From NCBI GenBank assembly GCA_030390025.1, contig JASTWF010000324.1, positions 62,001 to 126,000 on the forward strand: 64,000 nt of DNA, written 5' to 3'. The first letter of the stretch is position 1; every line of letters begins with the position of its first letter. A model generated the notes under the pieces. The model did not search any database, was not told where the DNA came from, and saw only the letters and a program-made list of their open reading frames with translations. The position numbers and the translations under genes were made by a program. Below are positions 12,495 to 24,350 of this stretch, piece by piece. Source of the stretch: Squalus acanthias (taxonomy: Eukaryota).

Positions 12495-12710
12495 ACGCAG
12501 CGAGTTGTTGTGATCTGGAATGCGCTGCCTGAAAGGGCAGTGGAAGCAGATTCAATAGTAACTTTCAAAAGGGAATTGGATAAATACTAGAAAAGGGTGA
12601 ATTTGCAGGGCTGTGGGGAAAGAGCAGGGGGGAGTGGGACTAATTGGAGAGCTCGTTCAAAGAGCCGGCACAGGCACGATGGGCCGAATGGCCTCCTTCT
12701 GTGCTGTATC
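12495..12710 (+). mobile_element. CR1 LINE 3' end
   Basis: tggaatgcgctgcctgaaagggc...gggccgaatggcctccttctgtgctgta; a second tail copy at 13020-13095. Confidence 0.8.
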
Positions 12711-13159
12711 ACACAAGATCTCACAGTCAATGATGCTGCTCCTTCAAACAAATGTAGCACTGTACACACCCAGGCCCCTGGCAACATATCGAGATCTGAA
12801 TATTACAAAAATGGTACATATAGGACACATTTCATATCCGTCACGCAAGTGTCGCAGTCAACTTTCTTCGTCAAACTTCAAAGAAAAGCATAAAGAAACA
12901 AAGGAACTTGCTAGGAATACAAAAATACCAGAGCCAAAATGTCTGAGGTCTCTTACCTGACCTTTGTATGAACTCTCCTAGTGTTTACTTAACAGCAATT
13001 AAGCTTTATCACCTTAAAAGGCTCTTTCAAAGAGCCGGCACAGGCACGATGGGCCGACTGGCCTTCTTCTGTGCTGTGTGATTCTGTGATTCTATGAAAA
13101 TGTTAAACTCGTATGGAAGTTGCCCAGCATCCTGAAGGAAGGGAATATTTGTTGCAATT

Positions 13160-13480
13160 GGAACATAGGAAGGACGCAGGAACAGGAGGAGGCCATTCAG
13201 ACCCTCGAGCCTGTTCCGACACTCAATCAGATGATGGCTGATCTGTATCTTAACTCCATCTACCTGCCTTGGTTCTGTAACCCTCAACACCCTTATCCAA
13301 CAAAAATCTTAGCAATCTCAATTAAAAGCCTCAACAGCTTTTTGGGGGAGAGAGATTGTCTCCCCATCCACCACCTAAACATTCACTCCCTCCACCACTG
13401 CCCTTTGTGTGAAGAAGTGCTTCCTGACATCAGCCCGGCTCTAATTTTAAGGTTGTGCCCCCTTGCTCTGGACTCCCTGC
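13160..13480 (-). mobile_element. CR1 LINE 3' end containing a short foreign patch
   Basis: Reverse-complement CR1 tail; 13354-13398 is replaced by sequence from another LINE family. Confidence 0.75.
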
Positions 13481-13669
13481 CCCCGCACCCCTAGCCATCT
13501 CAGTAATTTTTTAGCCAGTTCAGTGTTCCAGTGAGCTCACGTTGTGATGACAGAGAAACCCAAGGTGAAAAGCGGGACATCGCCAAGTGGCGGGGAATTC
13601 AAGGCCAATCAGGAGCCGGTGCTTTAACTGACGCCAAGCTTGGTTTTAGCAGCCAGTCGATTGTTTTGA

Positions 13670-14205
13670 TTTATTCATTTCTCGGGATGTGGGCGTCGCT
13701 GGTTAGGCCGGCACTGATTGCCCGTCCCGAGCTCCCCTTAACTAGATGGCTCGCTGGGGCACTTCAGAGGACAGTTAAGAGTCAACCACGTTGGTGTAGG
13801 ACTGGAGTCACATACAGTCCCAGACCAGGTGAGGACGGCAGGTTTCCTTCCCTAAAAGGACATCAGTGAACCAGTTGGGTTTTTACGACAATCCGACAGC
13901 TTCAGGGTCACTTTTACTGGGACCAGCTTTTTATTTCCAGTTTTTTAGAACTGAATTCAATTGGCGAGTTGCTGCAGTGCATCTTGTCGATGGTACACAC
14001 TGCAGACACGGTGCGCCGGTGGTGGAGGGAGTGAATGTTTAAGGTGGTGGATGGGGTGCCAATCAAGCGGGCAGCTTTGTCCTGGTTGGTGTCGAGCTTC
14101 TCGAGTGTTGCTGGAGCTGCACTCATGATGGATTCATCGTCAGTGGTGGGATTTGAACTCACATTCTCGGGATTCTTAGTCCAGTAACAGAACCACTGCA
14201 CGACC
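13670..14205 (-). mobile_element. Second-family SINE containing a LINE ORF2 fragment (about 13960-14128)
   Basis: Homologous to 48663-49045. The insert translates SAAPATLEKLDTNQDKAARLIGTPSTTLNIHSLHHRR (LINE ORF2 C-terminal type). Confidence 0.7.
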
Positions 14206-15476
14206 GTAGGAGGAAGGAATGCGTGGAGGGAGAGACAGAGTTCCACAGAGCCCCATGCGATAGGAATAAGTCAGACAGCGGTCAGTGAGAAAGGGAGCAA
14301 AGTGGCAGCTGGTGATCTCGGTGCGGAGTGGGGTGCGCAGTAAGGAATGGAAAAGTGACTGCAATGGGGCACGGGATATCCTGTAAACCACTGAGCCTAA
14401 ACCCCCTCTGCAAACCCTCACACGTGCGCGCTGAGATATAACAACAGCCTGAGCAGAAGAGAGAAAACTAATTAGAGGATTGCAGAGCCTAATAGCTGCT
14501 AAATGTAGCAGCTCGCACGGCATAAATCCCAGCGATATCACTGCGATCCTTCAACACGACGCCGCACTCTCGCTTACTGATCACTGCTTCTGCTGAAGGA
14601 TGTGACATGTGGGCCAATGCTGGGTCTGTGGAAGCCCTGCTGTCACACAACGCGAGATGAACCCACCAGGGTAAAGACTGAATTCAATAAACGGAGAGGA
14701 CAGCATTTATATTCTGCAATATTTCGTTAACAGGGAAAACCAGCCGGGGAGAAAACAATGACGATTAATTACATCGATTTTACAGCCCAGAAACAGGCCA
14801 TTCGGCCCAACAGGTCCGTGCCGGTGTTTATTCTCCACACCAGCCTCCTCCCACCCCTCTTCATCTCACCCTATCAGCATATCCTTCTATTCCTTTCGCC
14901 CTCATGTGTTTATCCAGCTTCCCCTTAAATGTGTCTATACTATTGCGCCGGGGTAAATGCTGAAAATTAGAATTGCTTCCTTTTATTATATTAAAAATCT
15001 ATCAAAATTAGCCGGCGAGCCCGCCACGCGAATAATTCTGCGCACGTATTATTTCTTTTTTGGGGAGATGGACAGACTCATTACGAACAGCAGGATCAGG
15101 GTTCACCCGAGCGACTGGTTCTCCTCTCGGAGAGTATCCGACACTCTCGCAGCTGAGCATCTCCGACAAAGCCTTGAGCACCAGGCTCTTTACATCACTG
15201 CACCCATTCATCATCCTGAAGTTAATTGGTGTAGGCTTTAAGCAAATTTCATACACATCTCAAAGAACCTAGCGACAGCCACTCCTGACCCCTGTGCCAT
15301 ACGGCGCTATTGATTAACCCGACTTTAACACAGAGCTGGGTCTTGGGGGAGGAGGGAGACACGATGATGAAGGGTGGGCGAGCTTGGAGTTGAGGGGAAT
15401 AAAAATGCACTAAATAATTATCTTCATTAACCTGGCAGGGGATGGGAGGGCTGCGTTGAAACTGGGATTGACTGGG

Positions 15477-15731
15477 ACAGTGGCTGCTCTTTGCCTGGTT
15501 TGGGGGGACAGTGGCTGCTCTTTGCCTGGTTTGGGGGGACAGTGGCTGCTCTTTGCCTGGTTTGGGGGGACAGTGGCTGCTCTTTGCCTGGTTTGGGGGG
15601 ACAGTGGCTGCTCTTTGCCTGGTTTGGGGGACAGTGGCTGCTCTTTGCCTGGTTTGGGGGGACAGTGGCTGCTCTTTGCCTGGTTTGGGGGGACAGTGGC
15701 TGCTCTTTGCCTGGTTTGGGGGGACAGTGGC
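15477..15731. repeat. 30-31 bp minisatellite, ~8 copies
   Basis: Unit gacagtggctgctctttgcctggtttggggg. Confidence 0.95.
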
Positions 15732-15789
15732 AGAGGTGGGCCTCGGCATCCCAACTGCTTCACAACGACAACATTCAATTTCCATCCAA

Positions 15790-16280
15790 TAATTTGTATT
15801 TATACAGCGCCTTTAACGTGGTAAAACGTCCCAAGGCGCTTCACAGGAGCGATTATCAAACAAAATTTGACACCGAGCCACATAAGGATTATCTGCCACA
15901 TTAGGACAGGTGACCAAAAGCTTTGTGAAAGAGGTAGATTTTAAGGAACGTCTTAAAGGAGGAGAGAGAGGTAGAGAGGCAGAGAGGTTTAGGGAGGGAA
16001 TTCCAGAGCTCAGGGCCCCAGGCAGCTGAAGGCACGGCCGTCAATGGTGGAGCGATGGAAATCGGGGATGTTCAAGAGGCCAGAATTGGAGGAGTGCAGA
16101 GATCTCGGCGGGGGCTGTCGGGCTGGAGGAGGTTACAAAGATAGGGAGGGGCGAGGCCATGGAGGGATTTGGAAACGAGGTGGGGAATTTTAAAACGAGG
16201 CGTTGCTTAACTGGGAGCCAATGTCGGTCAGCGAGCACAGGGGAGATGGGTGAACGGGACTCGGTGTGAGTTAGGACACT
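15790..16280 (-). mobile_element. L2-like LINE 3' end
   Basis: HWLPVKQRL motif; same tail as 25235-25870. Confidence 0.82.
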
Positions 16281-16782
16281 GAATACCAGTTTGTTTGTAG
16301 CTGTGGTGAAAGGCATAGCACGGCGATACCTTGGAACATGCCTCTGTGTAATTAGCAAAGTAGCAGGGCACGGAGAGCACCCCCTCCCTCCCGCTCGCCC
16401 ACAGCGGTGGGTGCACGATCGCAGCCATGACGGGGGAGAGGGAAGGGTCAGGCGGAGGTCAGGAGAGTGGCAGAAGTGGAAGGGGAGTTGCCTGCTCAGC
16501 CCCAGTGGTGGGTTACAGAGCAGTGGCGATCGAATGACCCTTCTGTCGCCAGCTCCAACCGTCACAGAGAAACTAACTTACAACAAAGGACTCGGAGGGT
16601 CAGGGCTTCCCCCGTCTATTCCCAAAATTTCTGCGGAAACACATCTCGAAAGCTGGTGATGTATCCGCTTCAGCACAGACCTCTGCGATGCCATTTAACT
16701 ATTGTTATCACATTGCGGATTACATCATTGCAACGCCCTGCTCCTCTGAAGCTGAAGAATGTGTCCTTGGACTGGCAAAATT

Positions 16783-17195
16783 GTCAGCTGTGGCTCAGTG
16801 GGCAGCACCCTCGCCTCTGGGTCAGAAGGTTGTGGGTTCGAGTCCCACTCCAGGGACTTGAGCATAAAATCTAGGCTGACACTCCAGTGCAGTGCTGAGG
16901 GAGTGCTGCACTGTCGGAGGTGCCGTCTTTTTCGGATGAGATGTTGAACCGAGGCCCCGTCTGGCCTCTCAGGCGGATGTAAAAGATCCCATGGCTCCAT
17001 ATCCAGGGCCAGCAAGGGTGATCTCCTGGATAACATTTATCCTTCAGCCACCACCAAAAAGAGATGAACTGGTCATTTATCTCAATTGCTGTTTGCAGGA
17101 TGTCTGCCTACATAACGACAGTGACTGCACTTCAAAAGTCATTCCCCGGGATGTCCTGAGGATGTGAAAGGTGCTGTATAAATGTAGGTTCTTTC
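16783..17195 (+). mobile_element. Deu-domain SINE, diverged copy
   Basis: A box tggctcagtgg, B box ggttcgagtcc, Deu core and tail. Confidence 0.82.
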
Positions 17196-17605
17196 TATCC
17201 TTCTCGATCGGTCGTGTGGTTTTCCAGGGTCAGACTTGGTGTAAAATGCTGGAAACTCTTGAACAGAAAGTGCTCGCGCGAGACTTGCCTTCTTCTATAA
17301 TCAGGCAATTTAGTTGTCAAGGTGACTAAGACACACAATGATAGAAGCGACCCACCGACTGTGTCTCAATCCCACCAGCAGGACGCCTCCTGCTCTGGCT
17401 GTGTGTGTGAGGCAGAATGCCTTTATCCGGCGTGCTGCTAACTTACTCCCTACAATACTGTTTCCCCATGGAAATCTGACCCCATACGATGTCATTGACC
17501 ACAAGATGTAAGAGTTTCAGTTGAATAATTCCAGCCCGTGATTTGTTTGAGGATCAAATCAATGCAACTGAACGGCGAGTTTTCAAAGGAAGTTAATCTT
17601 TCTCC

Positions 17606-17776
17606 AATAAAACAGAAAATGCTGGAAATACTCAGCAGGTCGGGCAGCATCGGCTGGAGAGAGAAACAGAGTCAACGTTTCTGGTCTTCTGACCAAAGCT
17701 GAAACGTTAACTCCGTTTCTCTCTCCACAGATGCTGCCTGACCTGCTGAGTATTTCCAGCATTTTCTGTTTTTATT
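17606..17776. mobile_element. Penelope-like family B miniature fold-back element
   Basis: ~75-bp inverted arms (17606-17681 and 17701-17776) homologous to the 3' end of 20435-20894. The spacer keeps hammerhead stem II (tggtc/gacca) but not CTGANGA. Confidence 0.8.
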
Positions 17777-17969
17777 ATAGTTAATTTTTCTAGTTTGCAG
17801 AATGAGTCTTCAAACAAAAAAAACAGCAAAGGGATAAAACATTCGGAAGACCGAAGCCATGAACTCGTCCCAACACCATCCCCCTTTACGGTCACTGCCT
17901 CAGGCTCAACAATACTTTTCGCAACCTCAGCATCGCATTCAACTCAGAGCGGAGTTTCTGGCCCGAGAG

Positions 17970-18270
17970 AAGAAACTTGCGTTTCCACAGCGCCTTTCAC
18001 CACCTCAGGATGTCCCAAAGCGCTTTACAACCAATGAAGTACTTTTAAAGTGGAGTCACTGTTGTAATGTAGGAAACGCAGCAGCCAATCTGCGCACAGC
18101 AAGCTCCCACAAACAGCAATGTGATACTGAAATAATCTGTTTTAGTGATGTTAGTTGAGGGATAAATATTGGCCCAGGACACCGGGAGAACTCCCCTGCT
18201 CTTCTTCGAATAGTGCCGTGGGATCTTTTACATCCACCTGAGAGGAAAGACAGGACCCTAGATTTAACGG
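17970..18270 (-). mobile_element. Deu-domain SINE, 3' two-thirds
   Basis: Same family. Shorter fragments also at 20055-20230(+), 23325-23440(-), 24785-24950(-) and 29970-30200(-). Confidence 0.8.
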
Positions 18271-19239
18271 TAAAGTGGCAACTGAATGGTTTGCTGTGGA
18301 TGGGGGAAAAAGGATCAGGGAACAAGGATTCAATCAGTCTTGTTTATTACTTCCCCATCCACGAACATAAAAATAAAATGTATTCCACCTTCCTGCCCAA
18401 CCTGCTCCGATGCAATATTAGGTTTCTCCTCTCGGTCACAAATCGCAATTCAGGCGCCACAGAAGCTCCAATATCAAACGTTACTCAGCCCAAACCCTGG
18501 TCTTTTTTATTTTTAAGACGTAAATCACATTTTGAAACATAAAACGATTCAGGGCTGTTTCATAAGAACACAAGAAATAGGAGCAGGCGTAGGCCATATG
18601 GTCCCTCGAGCCTGCTCCATTCAATAAGATCATGGCTGATCTTGTACCTCATCCCCACCTTCCCGCCCCACGTCAGTTCCCTTGATGCTCTTAGTGTCCA
18701 AGAATTACTTTTATTTACTTCTCAAATCAAGTCTAAATCCAGAAGCTTAAGCACAAATCCATGGCCTCCCCCCGCCCACTCTCTGTGACCTCCTCCAGCC
18801 CGATACCCTCGCAGATCTCGGCACTCCTCCAACTTGGGCCTCTTTGGCACCCCCGATTTCCATCGCTCCACCATTGGCAGCTGTGCCCTCTGCTTTGGAA
18901 TTCCCTCCCTAAACCACTCCACCTCTCCAACTCTCTTCCTTTAAGACGCTTCTTAAAACCTGCCTCTTTGACCAAGCTTTTGGTCACCTGCCCTAATATC
19001 TCCTTATGTGGCTCAGTGTCAAATTTTGTTTGATAATCACTCCTGTGAAGTGCCTTGGGACATTCTTTCTACATTAAAGGCGCTGTATATTTGCAAGCTG
19101 GTGTACAGAACAAATGTCACGGCACTTCAAAGTTCTTTGAGAGGTTTCTGAGATTTTACAAGGTGCAATTTAAAATCTCTAAGTGAAGTTGTTATGGAGA
19201 GTATTCCTCCTCAGGTTAAAGGTCAGCTCCCTCCTAACA

Positions 19240-19730
19240 TCGGAACAGCTGGAGGCCATTCAGCCCCTTGAATCTGTTCCACTATTCAACTGGATCACAA
19301 CTGATCTGTATGTCAGCCCCACTTACGCGCCTTTGCTCCATATCCCTTGATACTCTTTGCCAAGAAAACTCTATCAATCTCAGTCTTAAATATTTCAACT
19401 GACCCCCAGCATTCAGCCTTTTGGGGGGGGGGGGGGGGGGAAGAGTTCCAGATTTCCAGTATCCTTTGTGTGATTTCACTCCTGACCGGCCTGGCTCTAA
19501 TTTTGAAATTATGGCCCCTTGTTCTCGGCTCCCCCACCAGAGGAAATAGTTTCTATCTTCCCGATCGAATGCTTTGATCATTTTAAACTCCTTGATCAGA
19601 TCGCCCCTCAATTGTCTAAACTCGAGGGAACACAAGACAGGTTTATGCAACCTGTCCTCATATTTTAACCCTTTAAGCCCCAGTATCTTTCTGGTGAATC
19701 TGTGCTTCACCCCGTTCATGGTATCAATGT
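19240..19730 (-). mobile_element. CR1 LINE 3' fragment
   Basis: ORF 19282-19782 contains YEDRL...SLEFRQLRGDLI; decayed. Confidence 0.8.
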
Positions 19731-20434
19731 TCCCTCTAATTTTTTTTCCATGCGCTGTCCCTTGCGGCCACGCAGGTGCCATATTTTTACCAGCGGCAAC
19801 AGCTGGTTAGCGGCCTGCGCATGACCTCTGGATCGGCGCGTAGTCGCACACCTTAGAGGGAATGTTGCATGGTATCGTCTCAAAGTTTCCCAAAATACAA
19901 ATCTGCGAGCGTTGGAATGGCACAGTGAGCCACCAGCACAGAGTCATGTTGGGTGTGTCCTGAGAGAATGATGGGACACTGAAGCAGCAACACAATCAGA
20001 GATTAAGAACAACATGCAGCAAAAACAATTAGTGCTCCTCGGGAACAGATGATTCAATCGCTCTCTCGCCTCTGGGTCAAACGGTTCTGGGTTCAAGTCC
20101 CGCACCAGGATTTGAGTGCGTTATCCAGGCTGACACTCCCGGTGCAGTACTGAGGGAGTGCTGCACTGTCGGAGGTGCAGTCCTTTCAATGAGACGACCG
20201 AGGCACTGTCTGCTTGTTCGGTAGGATGTTAAATGGTAAGATTGATATCCTGGAGAAGACATTAAAGGCTTTTTGCTTCTAAACATGTTTAATATTTTGG
20301 ATACCTGTCTTGTGCAAACTTATAGCTAAGTCCTAAAAACACAGTTAAAAGAAAAAGGACTTGCATTTCTCCAGCGCCTTTCACCACCTCAGGACGTCCC
20401 AAAGTGCTTCACAACCAATGAAGTACTTTTTGAA

Positions 20435-20894
20435 ATAACAACAGAAAACGCTGGAAAAACTCAGCAGGCCAGGCAGCATCCGTGGAGAGAGAAAGAGAGT
20501 TAACGTTTCAGGTCGATGACCTTTCATCAGAACTGGGAAGAGCCGGAAATCAAATAGATTTAAGGCCAGAGTAAAGCTGGGAAAAGGGGGAGGGGATAAA
20601 GGAACAAAGGGGGAGATGAAGAGACAATAAGAGACATTAAGAGATATGCAAGGCTGGAGGTGGTGTTAATGTGACAGATTAAGGCTGAATGAAGTGTGAA
20701 ATCCACTGGCAGAATGAAGGACAGCTGCCAGCTTCTAGGAGGAAAAAAAGGTGGGGGGGGACAAATAAAAGGGTGGATAAAATAAAATATAAATGTGATT
20801 GGAGCTGAGGTTATGATCTAAAATTGTTGAACTCGATATTGAGTCCAGAGGGCTGTAGCGTGCCTAAACGAAAGATGAGGTGCTGTTCCTCGAG
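20435..20894 (-). mobile_element. Penelope-like retroelement family B, 3' fragment inserted in a SINE
   Basis: 9-bp TSD ctttttgaa at 20426-20434 and 20895-20903. Minus frame reads LEEQHLIFRLGTLQPSGLNIEFNNFRS* (stop at 20811-20813; GIY-YIG C-terminal GLN motif). The 3' non-coding part carries a hammerhead motif. Confidence 0.88.
20498..20534 (-). ncRNA. Minimal type I hammerhead ribozyme motif, canonical core
   Basis: Minus strand AGTT-CTGATGA-A-AGGTC-ATC-GACCT-GAAA-CG-TT-AACT: stem I AGTT/AACT, stem II AGGTC/GACCT, palindromic AACGTT at stem III, predicted GUU triplet. Confidence 0.82.
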
Positions 20895-21156
20895 CTTTTT
20901 GAAGTGTGGTCACTGTTGTAATGTAGGAAACGTGACAGCCAATTTGCGCACAGCAAGCTTCCACAAACAGCAATGTGATAATGACCAGATAATGTAATTA
21001 GTTTTTCAGTGATGTTGCTTGAGGGATAAATATTGGCCCCAGGACACCGGGGATAACTCCCCTGCTCTTCTTCAAAATAGTGTCATGAGATCTTTTACGT
21101 CCACCTGAGAGAGCAGATGCGGCCTCGGTTTAACGTCTCATCTGAAAGGCAGCATC

Positions 21157-21880
21157 TCCGACAGTGCAGCACTCCCTCAGTACTGCCCCTCCGACAGTGC
21201 GGCACTCCCTCAGTACTGCCCCTCCGACAGTGCGGCGCTCCCTCAGTACTGCCCCTCCGACAGTGCAGCACTCCCTTAGTACTGCTCCTCCGACAGTGCA
21301 GCACTCCCTTAGTACTGCCCCTCCGACAGTGCAGCGCTCCCTCAGTACTGCCCCTCCGACAGTACAGCACTCCCTCAGTACTGCCCCTCCAACAGTGCGG
21401 CGCTCCCTCAGTACTGCCCCTCCGACAGTGCAGCGCTCCCTCAGTACTGCCCCTCCGACAGTACAGCACTCCCTCAGTACTGCCCCTCCGACAGTGCAGC
21501 GCTCCCTCAGTACTGCCCCTCCGACAGTACAGCACTCCCTCAGTACTGCCCCTCCGACAGTGCGGCGCTCCCTCAGTACTGCCCCTCCGACAGTGCGGCG
21601 CTTCCTCAGTACTGCCCCTCCGACAGTGCGGCGCTCCCTCAGTACTGCCCCTCTGACAGTGCAGCACTCCCTTAGTACTGCCCCTCCGACAGTGCGGCGC
21701 TCCCTCAGTACTGCCCCTCCGACAGTGCGGCGCTCCCTCAGTACTGCCCCTCCGACAGTGCGGAGCTCCCTCAGTACTGCCCCTCCGACAGTGCGGCGCT
21801 CCCTCAGTACTGCCCCTCCGACAGTGCGGCGCTCCCTCAGTACTGCCCCTCCGACAGTGCGGCGCTCCCTCAGTACTGCA
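21157..21880 (-). repeat. 33-bp SINE-internal minisatellite, ~22 copies
   Basis: Reverse complement of the 7617-7950 unit. Confidence 0.95.
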
Positions 21881-23010
21881 CTGGTGTGTCGGCCTGGATT
21901 TTGTGCTCTGGTCTCTGGAGTGGGACTTGAACCCACTGAGCCATGGCTGACACCAACACAGACCAGATGGGCCGAATGGCCTGCTTGTGCGCTGTGGACT
22001 CTGTAACGGTTCACCAGAGACCCTGGGGTAAGATTTCCAGGGGGCGGGGGGGGGGCTGTGTGGTCAGTTTCTCAAGGGTTTCTGCGGAATGTTTATCCGC
22101 TTGAACACTACTGATGAGAGAATCGAGCACCACCACCTTATCAAGCTGGGGCCAATTGGCGTAGCCCGGCTGCCCAGCCCGGCTGACCTTGGCCAACGGC
22201 TGCAGATTCCGGCCCGATCTCTAACCCAGGCTGTGCCAAGCGGGCCAGCTGCAGGGGGCAGCTCCTGGTTTGCTTTCCTTTACCCAAGGTTACTAGCTTT
22301 AATAATGAATTCCGCTTGCTCAAGCACAGTGACCCGTCAAATAGAGAGAGAGAGGGGAGAGGGGGAAGGAGGCAGTCTTCCATCACAATGAAACATCATC
22401 AGTGCTTGTTCCAATTACCTGGAGACAGGATTCAATCGGATGCTTGGGCAAGTGACAAAAAAGTGTTTCCCCGAGGTCCATTATGGGGTTAATTAAACAG
22501 TTGACTCCGAACCCTCCCTTTCATTAGGCGAGTAAAAACAGATCACTCAAGCATGGCGGGCTGTGTGACAGGCTGTACAAAGCACGCGTGGCCCAGTTAA
22601 GGTAAGAGATGGGTGGCTATAAAGCATTAGCAGCATCTGATCAGAGGCAACAATTACCCGATCGATTACAATGATCGTATTCAGAAAGTGAATGGGTGGG
22701 GGGGAGGGAGAGAGGGTGACAGAGGCAGATGATTCAGAGCGAAGGAAAGAAGCAACAAAGAGCCAGAAGATGAAGATGGACAGACACGGAGTGGGCTGAT
22801 TGTAGACTGTCCCAAACACAAAACAGCAACCTTCGCAGTGTCGGGATCCCTTCCACACATCAGACCAGGAAACACTTATCATGATCCTGTCCGAGGAATT
22901 GCAAACAGTTAATTGTACCACACGGCTACCCATTGATTCAGTCACTAAGGGTAATGATATCATCAGGGAAATAGAGGGGTTCCAGAGCCCAACACTGAGA
23001 GGGAGCATCA

Positions 23011-23325
23011 ACTGGATTAACATCAGTAGAGATACAGTCAGTAACACAGGGCGCTGGGGGAGAGGTTACTGAGTGACAGTGTGAGGGAGCTGGATTAACA
23101 TCAGTAGAGATACAGTCAGTAACACAGGGCGCTGGGGGAGAGGGGTTACTGAGTGACAGTGTGAGGGAGCTGGATTAACACCAGTAGAGATACAGTCAGT
23201 AACACAGGGCGCTGGGGGAGAGGGGTTACTGAGTGAAAGTGTGAGGGAGCTGGATTAACATCAGTAGAGATACAGTCAGTAACACAGGGCGCTGGGGGAG
23301 AGGGGTTACTGAGTGACAGTATGAG
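23011..23325. repeat. ~80-bp tandem repeat, ~4 copies
   Basis: ctggattaacatcagtagagatacagtcagtaacacagggcgctggggg recurs at 23012, 23090, 23170 and 23250. Confidence 0.92.
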
Positions 23326-23441
23326 AAATAAGAATTTTCATTTCTATGGCGCCTTTCACGAGCTCAGGACATCATCAAGCACTTTACAGCCAATTAAGTA
23401 CTCTTCTTGAAGTGCAGTCACTGTTATAGTGTAGGAAACAA

Positions 23442-24350
23442 GACAGTGTTACTCTGTATCTAACCCGTGCTGTACCTGCCCTGGGAGTGTTTGATGGGAC
23501 AGTGTAGAGGGAGCTTTACTCTGTATCTAACCCGTGCTGTACCTGCCCTGGGGGTGTTCGATGGGGACAGTGTAGAGGGAGCTTTACTCTGTATCTAACC
23601 CGTGCTGCACCTGCCCTGGGAGTGTTTGATGGGACAGTGTAGAGGGAGCTTTACTCTGTATCTAACCCGTGCTGTACCTGCCCTGGGAGTGTTTGATGGG
23701 AAAGTGTAGAGGGAGCTTTACTCTGTATCTAACCCGTGCTGTACCTGCCCTGGGAGTGTTTGATGGGACAGTGTAGAGGGAGCTTTACTCTGTATCTAAC
23801 CCGTGCTGTACCTGCCCTGGGAGTGTTTGATGGGACAGTGTAGAGGGAGCTTTACTCTGTATCTAACCCGTGCTGTACCTGCCCTGGGAGTGTTTGATGG
23901 GAAAGTGTAGAGGGAGCTTTACTCTGTATCTAACCCATGCTGTCCCTGCCCTGGGAGTGTTTGATGGGACAGTGTAGAGGGAGCTTTACTCTGTATCTAA
24001 CCCGCGCTGTACCTGCCCTGGGAGTGTTTGATGGGACAGTGTAGAGGGAGCTTTACTCTGTATCTAACCCGCGCTGTCCCTGCCCTGGGAGTGTTTGATG
24101 GGACAGTGTAGAGGGAGCTTTACTCTGTATCTAACCCGTGCTGTACCTGCCCTGGGAGTGTTTGATGGGACAGTGTAGAGGGAGCTTTACTCTGTATCTA
24201 ACCCGCGCTGTCCCTGCCCTGGGAGTGTTTGATGGGACAGTGTAGAGGGAGCTTTACTCTGTATCTAACCCGCGCTGTCCCTGCCCTGGGAGTGTTTGAT
24301 GGGACAGTGTAGAGGGAGCTTTACTCTGTATCTAACCCGTGCTGTACCTG
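23442..24350. repeat. 67-bp minisatellite, ~13 copies
   Basis: Unit actctgtatctaacccgtgctgtacctgccctgggagtgtttgatgggacagtgtagagggagcttt; degenerate copies also at 38603-38855. Confidence 0.95.

Larger units (their letters stand above)
20350..21951 (-). mobile_element. Deu-domain SINE carrying a Penelope-like insertion and a 33-bp expansion
   Basis: Tail 20350-20434, insert 20435-20894, body 20895-21156, array 21157-21880, head to 21951. Confidence 0.88.

Noticed and set aside
15070..15215. Coding-looking minus-strand ORF MMNGCSDVKSLVLKALSEML
   Set aside because: Weak pyrimidine tract, no clear donor and no recognisable homology.
16783..16855. tRNA-like sequences with A and B boxes (also ~10975-11042, 38893-38985, 48663-48740)
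   Set aside because: These are SINE heads continuing into SINE bodies; no complete cloverleaf or terminator.
21095..22014. ORFs with repeated Cys/His patterns (HCRRGSTEG, STAPPTVRRSL)
   Set aside because: 33-bp SINE-internal repeat; not zinc-finger or mucin genes.
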